From: Bugula neritina
Taxonomy: Eukaryota > Animalia > Bryozoa
Direction of reading: 5' to 3'
DNA: 29,419 bases
NCBI GenBank assembly: GCA_964035545.1
Contig: CAXIUT010000161.1
Coordinates: 1-29,419, forward strand
The position numbers and the translations under genes were made by a program. The notes below the pieces were generated by a model. The model was not told the origin of the DNA. It searched no databases and saw only the letters and a program-made list of their open reading frames with translations. Below, piece after piece: positions 12,404-23,687 of this stretch (positions within the stretch are counted from its first letter, which is position 1; each line of letters begins with the position of its first letter).

Positions 12404-12999
12404 ATGCTTTCAAGAATCACAAAAGGTCTAATCCAGGGATTCTGTGCAACTAAACAGGTCTATCCAGCGTCAGGCAGTACAGTCATCTAATCAACAAGAG
12501 TAGAAACAACTCCAGTATACCTACGACCCTATGACAAATCCAAATACTAAATACCGATGTAAAAGATCAAACTTAACTCTGGTACTTTTATAAATATTCA
12601 GGTTATGCTTTTTTGTAAGTTGAGCCTTTTCCACGAGCTAAGATAATGAAAACATGCTATCATATACTAGAACAATTATCTATAGGCTTTCCATAAACTT
12701 GTATCTATCGCATCTACAATGAATAAAAAATCAAATATTTGATGCAATTTGTTGATGAAAATACTGATATTGAAGAAATATAAGATTTTCTAGGCGTATA
12801 AACCATTGAACTCTTCATTGATAACTTGGTTGGGCAACTAGAAGTAATCAATATAATGAGACATTCTAAGATTTGGGAACTTGAGACAGATGACTCTTAT
12901 GAACCTGACTACATGGCTGGAATTTCTCCAGAAGAAGAACCAAAAAATCCACTTTACAGAAAAAGCGAAAGGTTAAAAACATCCTTTGTTGATTAATGA
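12404..12999 (+). CDS. NDUFA5: Complex I subunit NDUFA5 (B13)-like
   Basis: Mitochondrial-targeting-like start MLSRITKG, then KLNSGYAFLEVEPFPRAKIMKTCYHIL...YRIYNEE...DIEEIEDFLG...KIWE. Intron 12582-12601. Confidence 0.82.
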
Positions 13000-13203
13000 T
13001 CAATCTATCATCTAACAATATCCATCACACCTTACCCATATTTAATTATTCATTCAAAAAGGCTATTAAGTAATAAGATCAAAATATAAAGAAAAAGCTG
13101 ACTAAGGCTGATTATTTATAGTGATATCAGGGTATTTAGGAAGGAGAATAAGCTATTGATGATTTATAATTTTAAATTCTTGATAAATATTAAACTTGGA
13201 TCT

Positions 13204-15029
13204 ATGTAAAACTTCAATCCTCTTGAATTATTCAAATAGGAACTAGATACAGATGACATAGCATTTCGTGTTAACACTGTCCATAAATTACCCATTATCG
13301 CTACTCTCATGCCAGTAGAAACAGTCAAAAGCACCCTCTTGCCCTACCTTGATGCCTTATGCAAAAAATAAGATGATGAAGTAGTCTTTGCAATTACAGA
13401 GTAATATTCTAATCTTGCGTATTTTTCTGTTTATTTAGACCTATGCTAGGCAATCAACATACCCTCATTCTACCTTATCTCGAACAACTTTGTGCACATG
13501 ATTAAACAGTTGTTAGGTAAAGAGCTGTTAGCTCCATTAGTAAAATTTTAAATCTCTACTCTGACAACGATATCAACAACTACATTATCCCACTAGTACT
13601 ATTTCTGTTAAAATAGATCTTGAGATTGGCATCCAATGAAAGTAATTTTACCTGCAGAGTTTCAGCTACTCTGCTCATGTGTAATGTATATTCAAGAGCA
13701 GGAGTAAATAAGTAAAAAATAAGACAGTACTTCATTAAATATTTAGTAAATTCTCAGATATTTCTAATGAATAGATGCTTCTCCTCCAAAGAGTTACAGC
13801 CACAAAAATATCACATATGTGTCAAGTCTATGAAAAATAATATGTTCTAAGCGATCTCATAGGTATCCTTAAACATCGATCAACTGACTAACAAGATCAA
13901 ATTAGAGTATTAGCTACTTAAAGTTTCAAATAAGTTTCTAAAATACTCACCAGAGATTAAAATAAAACATTCATTATGCCTCTTATCATTCAAGCTGCAG
14001 AAGATAAATCCTGGAGAGTTAGACTTTGTTTATCTAAAAATTTTACAGAAATAGCTACTAACTTCGGTAAATAAGTTACTGATATGAGTCTCATTCAAAC
14101 CTTCAGCAACTTACTCAAAGATTCATAGATCGATGTCAAAATTGAAGCAGTAAAAAGTCTAGGAAACTTCGTAAAAACAGTATCTCCCTAGAGAATAGGA
14201 TATCTTTTACCTCAAGTAACATTACTTGGTAAAGATCCACTCGCTATTGTCAGATGTACTCTTTTTTTCATTTAGCAAATGTAGGAGGGATTCTCAAAAA
14301 TATGCTTCCTTCAACCAGCAAAGATCAAGCTTACCAAAATGTTCAACCTTTGATAAAATAATTAATGAAAGATGACAATCAAGAAGTTAGAAAAGGTGGT
14401 ATTGAGGCAGCAGTCAAATTTGTTGAAGTTCTAGGAGCATAAACTATCAATGCTTTATATCCCAGTCTTAAAGCCTGTTCAGAAGACAACAAATGGAGAG
14501 TCAGACTATAGCTCATGAGAAATATTGCAGATCTCGCAATCAAAGTTCAGGTAAATTTATTTTAATCAAGAACTATGACCTTTTTTCAAAATACATTGAA
14601 CCTCTCTTTTTGAGCTATCTCAAAGACAGAGTATCATCAATCCGTTCGGTAGCCGTCTAAAAAGTATCAGATCTCTGCAAAGTTTTTGGTCCTACTTGGA
14701 TTAATAGTTTTATTCAAAGGCTGAGTGATGTTCTAACCAAAGATCCATGTTTCCACTTTAAAATAGCAGCAATATATTCTCTCAAAGAGATTTGCATGTC
14801 TGTCCATGGATAATCCTATTTATAGAAGGCTCTAAACTTGATTATAGGAGCTTCAAATGAACCAGTTGCCAACATTCGAGAGGTATGTGTTAAAGTGGAG
14901 AGAGATATTGCACAAAGATGGGATAAATCCAGTATCCGAGACATGATTAAAAAACATATTCTCTCTTTGAGTGAAGACCAAGATCTAGAAGTAAGAACCA
15001 CCGTAGCTGATATCCTGAATAGATTCTGA
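13204..15029 (+). CDS. PPP2R1: PP2A scaffold (A) subunit, HEAT repeats
   Basis: EDDEVVFAI, DETVVRERAV, FTCRVSA, DEQDQIR, EDKSWRVR, LLKDSEIDVK, EDNKWRVR, LKDRVSSIR, EPVANIR, DQDLEVR. Introns 13419-13438, 13596-13616, 13727-13746, 14256-14275, 14551-14570. Confidence 0.93.
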
Positions 15030-15151
15030 TCTCCATATTCTGGATCTATATAACAATTATGAACTTCATTAGTTTAATATTAATGATAAATACTATCAAA
15101 CTATAAATTCAAATCTTCAATAGATAATGATGATGCAAATTATCTGATAGA

Positions 15152-15590
15152 TCATTTTTTCTTAAGGAACTTTTCTTTGACTGAGTTGGGGATAGATAGA
15201 TCAACTTCAAGCACCTTGTTAACCAACATATCAATCACCTTGCTCTTGTTCTTTTCGTAATCTTCCTGAATCTTAACGATCTCATCTTGAGTCTCCTTCT
15301 ACAAATCAGTCTCAAATTTCTTATCTGTTTTCTACATCTTAAAACAACTACCTCAGCTTTCAACTGTTCAAACTCAGCTTATTTTTATTTTCTGTATTTT
15401 GCAACTTCAACCTCAGCAGCTTCTCTTGCTTCTTTAAGTTTGCGTTGTCTGAATAAAAAGAAATGATGAAAAAGAAACCTCCAAGGGGAGGATATAAAAG
15501 AATTTACCTTTCTTTTTGAGCATTTTCAATGATTTGAGTGGCTTCCCTTTCAGCTCTCAAGAGTTCATCGATATAGGCAGTATCGCTCAT
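15152..15590 (-). CDS. ATP6V1G: V-type ATPase subunit G
   Basis: IDELLRAEREATQIIENAQKERQRKLKEAREAAEVEVAKYRKEKEAEF...NKSKVIDMLVNKVLEVD. Introns 15449-15507 (59 nt) and 15332-15351 (20 nt). Confidence 0.92.
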
Positions 15591-15716
15591 GTTGATGTAA
15601 GATTTATCAAATATAAATAAGATAAAGCTACTATTAAATCTAATATTATTAATATCCTTAGATATTTTTTTATCAATATCTATTCAAAACAGGATTGTTA
15701 TTAGAAGTTATAGTGA

Positions 15717-17119
15717 TCATTCTTCTTTAATTTTATCTCCTACTTCTATGAACTGTTCAAGCGTGAGATCACCTATAAAGAGGTTATCAGCACTACAAAG
15801 GAACTCTTTGATTTGTTTATTTTTGCATTTATGACTAAGAGTGCAAAAATACTATTAATTTTTCTATTTATACATCAAAATTTAATAACTCAAACGACTC
15901 TCAGTAAACACCCAATATACCAACATCAAATAACGACGAATATCAAACTAAAATGCATTTGTCTAAATAAAACATATCTTACATGAGGTAATATCTATTT
16001 TGATATCACAGAACAAAGTACTATATTGTTATTACTATCCAATAATACTGTCTACTCATTCAAAGCACAGTATGTTTACATATTTTTGTGTAAAATCAAT
16101 AAAGCTTTAGCTACTTTTACCAATAACTATATTTTATTACGATAGTTTAACAACCATTGAGATCTTGCCATTTACTTTAATGTCCTGTATTTCTGGTCTG
16201 TCAAAAAAGTTAAACACCAATTATAAGGAGTCTTTTCCATCATATTGTAGGCATAAATCGGCTGCATATAGGGATTCGCAGTGAGTTGCAATCTATTTAC
16301 ATAATACAATTTTTTTAATAAAGAAGAATATGTTCCTTAATATCTCTATATAGTGACCGAACTGCCTTCATAAAGTCCCCGCTGACGAATAGAATCTAAT
16401 TGTCCTTCCAATAGATTTGTTAAAATAGACTAACTCATCTCAAACAGCTGTTATTCGACTGGATTTTGGTGTACAGATAGCCGATACTAGTCATTCTGGT
16501 CAGAAAAAGACCCTCTCAGAGATGAAACTGAAAGTGTGCGTCGATAATTTAGATTAAGAGGAGGAGGAGCTTCTCGACGATGTGAAAAGGTGGTTGAAGC
16601 ACATGATAACTATGAATGAAGAATATGTTTAGTAAATTTTTAGATGTCATCGATTTTTTCCTTTTCTGCGATAAGAAAGCAGAAATACGGGTTAGCTTTG
16701 CGCAATTTTTCGAGTTCAGGAGTGATAGATGTAATATTGAACTTTTCTTGTAGTTTACGGCAGCAGTTCTCGAAGGTCTAATAGTGCAAAAATATGATGT
16801 ATGACTTAGGAAATTCTTTTCTAGCCTCTTTCGAAATACGAATATAATTGTCTTTATGCAAAGATGTTCGAATTAATCGAATCTAGTTACTATTTATGAT
16901 CTTCATCAACTCCTCACGTGCACGCATTAGATCTCCAATCTATCCTTCTCCACCCTGACACCTGATCTAGACTCCATTATTATTCTTAAAGAATTTTATT
17001 TATGATTGATCGACAGAACTACTCTATTCGATCTTTAAAAACAAGTGCTGACTATGTAACCAAACCATTTCGACTGGATTCAAGTCTACACAGACCTTAA
17101 GAACTTTCTTTTCAGACAT
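15717..17119 (-). CDS. Protein with a C-terminal degenerate TKL-like pseudokinase domain
   Basis: 460-aa frame with intron 15963-15982. RGLYEGSSVTIER, KIELLVKVAKALLILH, YCALNEETVLLD and FDIRRYLMLVYWVFT follow the kinase subdomain order but lack the VAIK lysine, HRD and DFG. Confidence 0.72.
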
Positions 17120-17158
17120 ACCGATTATTATTTAATTGATCAACTATTCAATTATAGA

Positions 17159-18571
17159 TCATTTGGCAAATCTCTTACGAGGTCCCTCTTCATCTCCATC
17201 TCCTCCTCTTCTTTTTAGCATCTAGGAACGCTGTCCATAACCTTCACGGCCACCTGTTCCCATCTTCCCTTGATTAGGTTTTCTAGTCTACTTCAAACCT
17301 TCATTGTTCTACAAATAATTCAATCGCTTCTAAAGATATTCCTTGCATTGTGCTCCAATTTAAGCATTCTATGATTATCCTAAATAAATTTATCAGTACC
17401 TAGAGCATCACATCTCACACAGAGAGAACATTTAGCTGCCAAAGCTCTAGATATTTTTCCTTTGAATTTCGATGAAGAAGAGTTTACTAAAGAAGCTTGA
17501 TAAATTATTCCATATTTAGGTGTGTTATGCTTGGTTTTTATTGCCTTGAAAAGAGCCTTCTCAGCACCTAAGATCTGAACTGTAGAAGCAGGACACTTAG
17601 CTAAGTTGATCAAAGATCCCGCATGACTCACTAATCTTGCTCCAACTAACTCTCCCACGACAGCAGTCAAATTAGGAGCCAAAGCCTGCATTCTGTTCTT
17701 CAAATATTCAGATAAATTAGCTCTATAGTCAGTCAATTCTAAAATTTGGTCACAAAGAGCAACGATATACTTCTAATCCATCTCACTTATTTCAGTACCC
17801 ATTGAGATTTCAGCAGCATCTTTCAAATCTTTTTCAATATCTTCAGGAAGAATACCAGATAGATCAGTTTAAGTTGCTTTCTATCTCATTCCCATAGCTT
17901 TAACCACCTTAGTATAGACAAGATTGTCAGATACTACTTTTGTCATTTAAGGGAAATGCCATCCGTACCATTCTTTTAGTCTCATTGTGTAGTTGTTGAT
18001 TTATTTATCAAGTTAATCCAAAAGAGAAACTGCTTGGATGATCATAATATCAACTTTCTAGGCAGAAAATTTCAATTTATATCGAGAAAGACCATGAGCA
18101 ACACCTAGTGACATCATTTTGTAGTCCTCTTCATCTTCAACTAAATTATATATCGATTACAGTTCAGTAATCCAGCGATATTGAATCTAATAACTCGCAT
18201 CAACTCATCAATCTTTTCATTTTGTTTACATTCCAATCCTAACTATTCACTTATAGCTTTTCCCAGTTTTTTATCAGCAATAGCAATGGTCTCTTATATT
18301 TCTTTATCAATCACATTTTTGGTGAGAAATTTATTTAGAGATTTAGGTATTTTGCCCTTCATCAGTTTATGAATGCACTTGAAAGCATCAGCTGTGCTCT
18401 TAAATTTATAGAAATCTTCAAGAGTAAGGCTGGGTAAGATGAAGAATACAGTTTACGGAGGCCATCAACGTCGTTAATGTACTTCTGAAGGTTTTCTACC
18501 TTCTAGAGTTTCTTAGGTTTGTCTGCTCGGAATAGAGCATAGCCTGCAGCTGTCTCGAAAAGAATCAACAT
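17159..18571 (-). CDS. NOP58: Box C/D snoRNP protein NOP58
   Basis: [81 protein letters not shown]. Introns 18430-18449, 18141-18160, 17380-17399. Confidence 0.95.
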
Positions 18572-18891
18572 TCCAAAATATAATTATAGCTATTTCACAA
18601 CAATTACAAAATATTAATTAATAAATCTTTTAGAAACGAAAAAATATTAAAATCAAAGAGATAATTAAAAAGATATTTTGATAAGTGAATTATTGATTGA
18701 AAAATAAACTTTATTTATATAAAATAAATAATATTATTTGTTATTTGAAAGAAAGCTTTTTCAAGTTATTTTATAATTTTTTATCATTAGAGAATTTTCC
18801 AAATTTGTTTATATTGAGTTCTGGATATCAAATAATAAAGTAATTTTATTAATAAAGAACTATTTAAAGTTACATTAATTAATTAATCGAA

Positions 18892-19813
18892 ATGGCAGAC
18901 CCTAACCAAGCATAAAAGAAATAACAACAAGTATACACTTATCAAGATCTCATCAAATTCTCCAATACATAAATATACTCAGGTTTTGGATAAATGAGAT
19001 AAAGTAAAAAACCTTCTGCTCCACATTTCTCTTTTGGAACATCCACAAGAGCAGCTTAACCTAAAAAATTTGTATCAAAAGAAATGGCTTTAGTCGATTG
19101 CTTCGGAAAACAAACTCCAAAAGGACCCAACTATAATGTGACTGATAAATTCAACTACAATAAAGGAGCATAGTGGAAAATAGGAACAAACCCTAGAAAT
19201 ACTCTTGACACTAAAGCGAAATATTAACATTACTTCAGAAAAGATGTAGATGTATCTTTGTAATTATACAGCTTGATATCAATGAAGCAGATAGAGCTAG
19301 AAAAAATCATAATGGAAACACTAGATTTGGTGGAGATTCAAGGGTAAATATATAATTATTTAGTTCCCACCTGGATAAAAGAAGTATAAAATGACTCCAG
19401 GACCTTAGTATATTCCAAATCTTAAGCCATAAATACCAATACAACCTCAGTACAGTCTTTATGCCAGAAGAGCAGTTAAGGGATTTGATCCACTTATTGA
19501 ACTCAATTCAACTTCAGAAATTGTAGGTCCAGGATCCTACCATCCAGAAAAAAGTTCTTATACAAGTATCAATACAAACAAGCCACACTGGTCACTACCC
19601 AAAGGTCCCCGTGATCCAACTCATCAAAATAGAACTCAACTTAATCAAACCTATGATACAACTTCATCAGTGGGACTTCAAGTGCGTTCAGACAAAACTT
19701 CAAAGCCTCATTTCAGTGTAGGAAAACAAAACAGAGATAAAAAGCCAGGAATATTCCAAGCCCATATGTAATATAAACCAATGAATGTGAGAGTTGAGCA
19801 TCCAAGAATGTGA
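18892..19813 (+). CDS. SHIPPO/PG-rich repeat (ODF3/STPG-like) microtubule-associated protein
   Basis: SAPHFSFG, TPKGPNY, TPGPEY, VGPGSY, SSVGLQVRS..KPHFSVG. Introns 19252-19271 and 19344-19363. Confidence 0.8.
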
Positions 19814-19904
19814 TAGTTACACTTATATATCTATCTATATCAACTATTTTATCATAAATCATTTAACTAATGCGTGAGATGACCAATATTTAACACTCAA
19901 TAAA

Positions 19905-19990
19905 GGGGTTGGGGTTGGGGTTGGGGTTGGGGTTGGGGTTGGGGTTGGGGTTGGGGTTGGGGTTGGGGTTGGGGTTGGGGTTGGGGGGGT
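19905..19990 (+). repeat. Internal telomeric tract (GGGGTT)n #1, the right end of the 20-kb chromosome
   Basis: G4T2 array starting 91 nt after the last stop codon; ends in G7-T. Confidence 0.97.
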
Positions 19991-20479
19991 CTCATAGGCC
20001 ACATCTGAAGGTTTTTACTGAGATTATTCCATAATCATAATCGAATGTCTTTGGATGGAATCTTCACTTTTCATGGACTAATTTTCTTTCTGGATTTGTT
20101 CTTTCGAATAGAGAATCAAATCCAGATACTTAGCAGGCTTGACTTCCATCTTATCTGATGGAAAGTATCTTCTTAAAACTGGTAATTCTTTCTCAGTTCT
20201 TGCTTAATAGTCAGTTTTCTAAGCAAATTTTCATTTTGAGGAGTTATTTATGCAACAGAATTGAGCATTTTGGCAAAATTATCAACAAAAATATGTTTAC
20301 AAAAAGGAGCATATCCGGTTCAACCAACTCAGCCTTCTGGTAGAACTAATTTGATATTTTCTACATCTATTCAATATCGAAATCTATGTAACCTTGCAGC
20401 TCCCTTCACAAATTGTCTCTTACAAAAGGGATCTATATTAGAGTGAAGTACCAATTACTATTCTGTTGAACTTTTTCAT
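19991..20479 (-). CDS. DUF3228-like protein, 3'-truncated at the telomeric junction, with several indels
   Basis: IDPFCKRQF, GYAPFCKHIFVDNF, ITPQNENLL..YEARTEKELPVLRRYF, AKYLDLILYSKEQIQKE, DYGIISVK...YETP, then telomere repeat. 19-nt intron 20433-20451. Confidence 0.78.
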
Positions 20480-20564
20480 TATTAAATTTATAGTAAAAGA
20501 TCTTAAATAAAAGTTTTTATATTAGTCTATATGGCTAGGATAAATCGATCATTCATACATTTGA

Positions 20565-20616
20565 GGGGTTGGGGTTGGGGTTGGGGTTGGGGTTGGGGTT
20601 GGGGTTGGGGTTGGGT
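20565..20616 (+). repeat. Internal telomeric tract (GGGGTT)n #2
   Basis: G4T2 array ending in an imperfect TTGGGT. Confidence 0.97.
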
Positions 20617-23558
20617 CTCCTCTTATTGTAACTTTAATGATACCTCTTAAAGTTTTTTAGCCTTCTTTTTTTCTTCTTCATTAACTCTATCAATGAGTAA
20701 ATTTTTGATAAATTAAAGTTGTTTCTTTGTTTCTTCATTCCTCTTATTTCTCTGTTCTGCTTCTTCTTCCATTTTATTTTTAATTACTTCGAGATTATCA
20801 ACTATTTTTTTGGTTTCCTTTATTTATAAATTCCACTCTCTAATCAAATGTTCATAGACCTATCGACTTTAACTTCTCAAAGAAGATATAGAAAATCTGA
20901 TCATACTTTCTATTTATTTGACATCTTTGAGAATCTTTTCTTGGTTATTAAGTTGCACTTAAATACATCCTGATTTATGATTTGCTGCTTATTTGTAAAA
21001 TTTCATCGATTGTTCTTGGGCATGACTGGATTGACGAAATATTTATCTAAAAAATACCTCTATCCTTGAACTAAAATCTCCATTCATCTCACTCTTTAAA
21101 GTATATATCACTTATTTTTCAATTTCCTTTCTCACTTTATCTTTTAAATAAGGTTCGAGACTGCTAGTTTTATTCAAATCTTACAAAGTATTCACAAGTT
21201 TATCAGTTGTACTTTGAAAAAGCTATTTAACTTTATTCATCATTTCTTCATGATGTAAATTATTTCTCTCATTTTATTCTACAATTATTTGAACGTTATA
21301 AGGTTCTGATGAAACTTCTTTATTTTAAGGTTTTATTTACTACACTTTTTCTGGTTCCTTTTCCTCTACTTCATGCATGCTGTTAAGTGGTGAAGAAGAG
21401 AGTAATGGATTATAGAACTCTCCTTACCCAAATTGTGATAAAGTTAGTTTGCTTTTTGATTCATCTTCGAAAAGACTTTGAGAGGGAGGAAGTGGTATTG
21501 CACTAGATTTGCTGAATATTTTATTCCGATCTATAGTAGAAGGGTTTGATTAATGAGCACCTAAAGATCTTTTTTGAATCATAGAAGCTACCTTTTTAGA
21601 AAGTTAATCTTCGTCAATTATCTATTAGTTATTATTATTTGCTATGTTCATTTTTATATTTTATTCTCTTTATTTTTATGACTTTTTATTTTACTATTCA
21701 ATTTTATCTGCTTCATTTTTGTCATCTTTCTGGATAGATATTGATTGCTCTTTTGATTATTCTGAAATATCCTTTGGTTTTTAATTTGCTTTTTATTCTG
21801 GAGATTGCGTAATGCTTAAAATCTTATCAAACTATCGATCCATATATTGTTCCAAAGATGAACTAAATATTTAATCTTCTTGTTCTTCTTAATTTTTATT
21901 CTGTTGACCTAAACCTTTTTTCCATAACTACTTCCAATAATCCAAACCACTTCCCTATTGTTCTTTTACACCCATATCTAAATTTTATTCTTTTTATTTA
22001 TTCTCATTTTTAATCTATTTTTTTTGTTATTATTACTTTTTACTTTATTTATTTTAACTATGACTTTTACCTTCTTTTTTCTTTTTATCTTTTTTCTTTT
22101 ATTTTTGGTTTTTGGTGTTTAGATTATTTGATTTTGTTCTTTTTATTTTTATTATTTTGGGGATTTTTATTCAACTGTAAGTGTTTCTTCAACCTTTTTT
22201 ATTGATTATTGTTTATTTTACTAACGAATTGGTTCAATTTATTTAGATTTTGGATTTGTTTTAGATTTATTTACTCCTTTTTTACCTATTACTCTTGTTG
22301 GTACAAATTTTTAAGGTTATTTCTCTTGAACCATAAAATTTTCTTCTTACTTTTATCTTTTTCTTTCAGACTATTTTTATTGAATTGACTTTTTCATATT
22401 ATCTGATGACATATTAGTATAATTATTTTATGGAGCTTTTTAAACAAAAAACTATTAATTTTGATTCATTTATTCATTATTGTTATTATTTTTAACTTGA
22501 GTTGTAACTTTATTATTATCTATTTAATTTTGGTTATCAATGGATTTGTTAGATTTAGTTTTTTTATTTAATATGAGATTTTAAACCGTTTTAATTGAAT
22601 TTTAAGACTTAGAAAACCCTATTAATTTTTTATTAGAACTCCAAAACCAATCAAACTGTCCATATTCTACAGCAATCAAGCAAGAACCTTTAACTTTGAT
22701 ATGAATAACAACAGCTATCATCAACTAACTATCTTGTACCAATATCATATCAAAATAAGTACTAACTTTAAAAGAATCTTTATTTTTTTGTCTCATCAAC
22801 ATAGTCACATCATTAATATATTCCTCCTGAACAAAGATGCTATGTTTCTGAGCAGGATTAGTAATAAAAATAATCATCAAATTGGTCAATATTATAAAAT
22901 GCTATTCGGTTTTAGGTACACAGATATAAGTCAATACATTAGTTTTATATTATTTACACAGCTAGGTTTCTAATTTATTTATGTTAATAGAATTAACAAA
23001 TTTAGTAGAAAAGTTAACAAAATAGTAATATATTTTTTTGCTAGGATAAAGCATAGTTTTACTACCATAAAGTTGATGTCTTTAGCATTTAACTATTTTA
23101 TTTTGAAGACCAATCATATAATTCATATTTCCCACCTTCCCATTCACAGTAAATTGATAAACAAACATCTAGTTTTAAGGGTATAGCAGTTGCACTTCAG
23201 CCATGTTATCAACTACCTCACGAAGAAAGTAACTCACGCATGCACTATCATTTTTAAAAAATGCATATTTTAGTTGAATTTTATTCTATTCCGTGAAATT
23301 CACCTCAAAAATTACCAACTTTCCATTGGCAAACAAAGCTATGAAGTAATTTTTGATAACAGGGATAAGAGACTGCAAACCATCCAAATTAAATTTTTGA
23401 AAGATAACATTATTCACTTTATTCAGACGAGCTGCATAAAGAAAATGACAGTCATTGCATAGAAGAATATTGCCATTAGTTGTTTCCAAAGTTATGGTCG
23501 ATAGAATTTTGTTCATTTACTCAGGAAGAGTAAATATCTCAGGCTACATATCGATCAT
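20617..23558 (-). CDS. Large hypothetical protein (beta-rich N-terminus, low-complexity linker, coiled coil), 3'-truncated
   Basis: Starts MIDMEPEIFTLPEEMNKILSTITL and ends ...EEEKKKAKKLEEVSLKLQEEETQ, running into telomere repeat with no TGA. The middle was not checked codon by codon. Confidence 0.7.
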
Positions 23559-23592
23559 TTTTAGATATTATTATTATTTGACTATTTGAAAT

Positions 23593-23687
23593 GGGGGTTG
23601 GGGTTGGGGTTGGGGTTGGGGTTGGGGTTGGGGTTGGGGTTGGGGTTGGGGTTGGGGTTGGGGTTGGGGTTGGGGTTGGGGTTGGGT
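23593..23687 (+). repeat. Internal telomeric tract (GGGGTT)n #3
   Basis: G4T2 array 34 nt from the upstream minus-strand ATG, ending in an imperfect TTGGGT. Confidence 0.97.

Noticed and set aside
3975-12999. Two complex I subunit genes on one minichromosome as a functional cluster
   Set aside because: They are 8 kb apart among unrelated genes, so chance is an adequate explanation.
17000-17125. Apparent GC-richer intergenic stretch as a possible ncRNA
   Set aside because: It is the in-frame N-terminus of the pseudokinase gene (ATG at 17119).
17159-18571. Split code with TAA=Glu and TAG=Gln, suggested by NOP58 KKL*KV
   Set aside because: TAG occupies conserved Glu positions (EF-hand position 12, PP2C E..RI, PP2A DSE, NOP58 LEKRL).
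19991-20479. Multiple frameshifts in the DUF3228-like fragment as recoding or pseudogene decay
   Set aside because: The breaks are doubled bases (for example GTT GAACC GGA for V-D-G) while the motifs stay intact, which is typical of low-coverage long-read error.
19988-20619. GGTCTC (BsaI site) at internal junctions 1 and 2
   Set aside because: It is explained by GAG ACC codons of the truncated genes next to the microhomology, and it is absent at junction 3.
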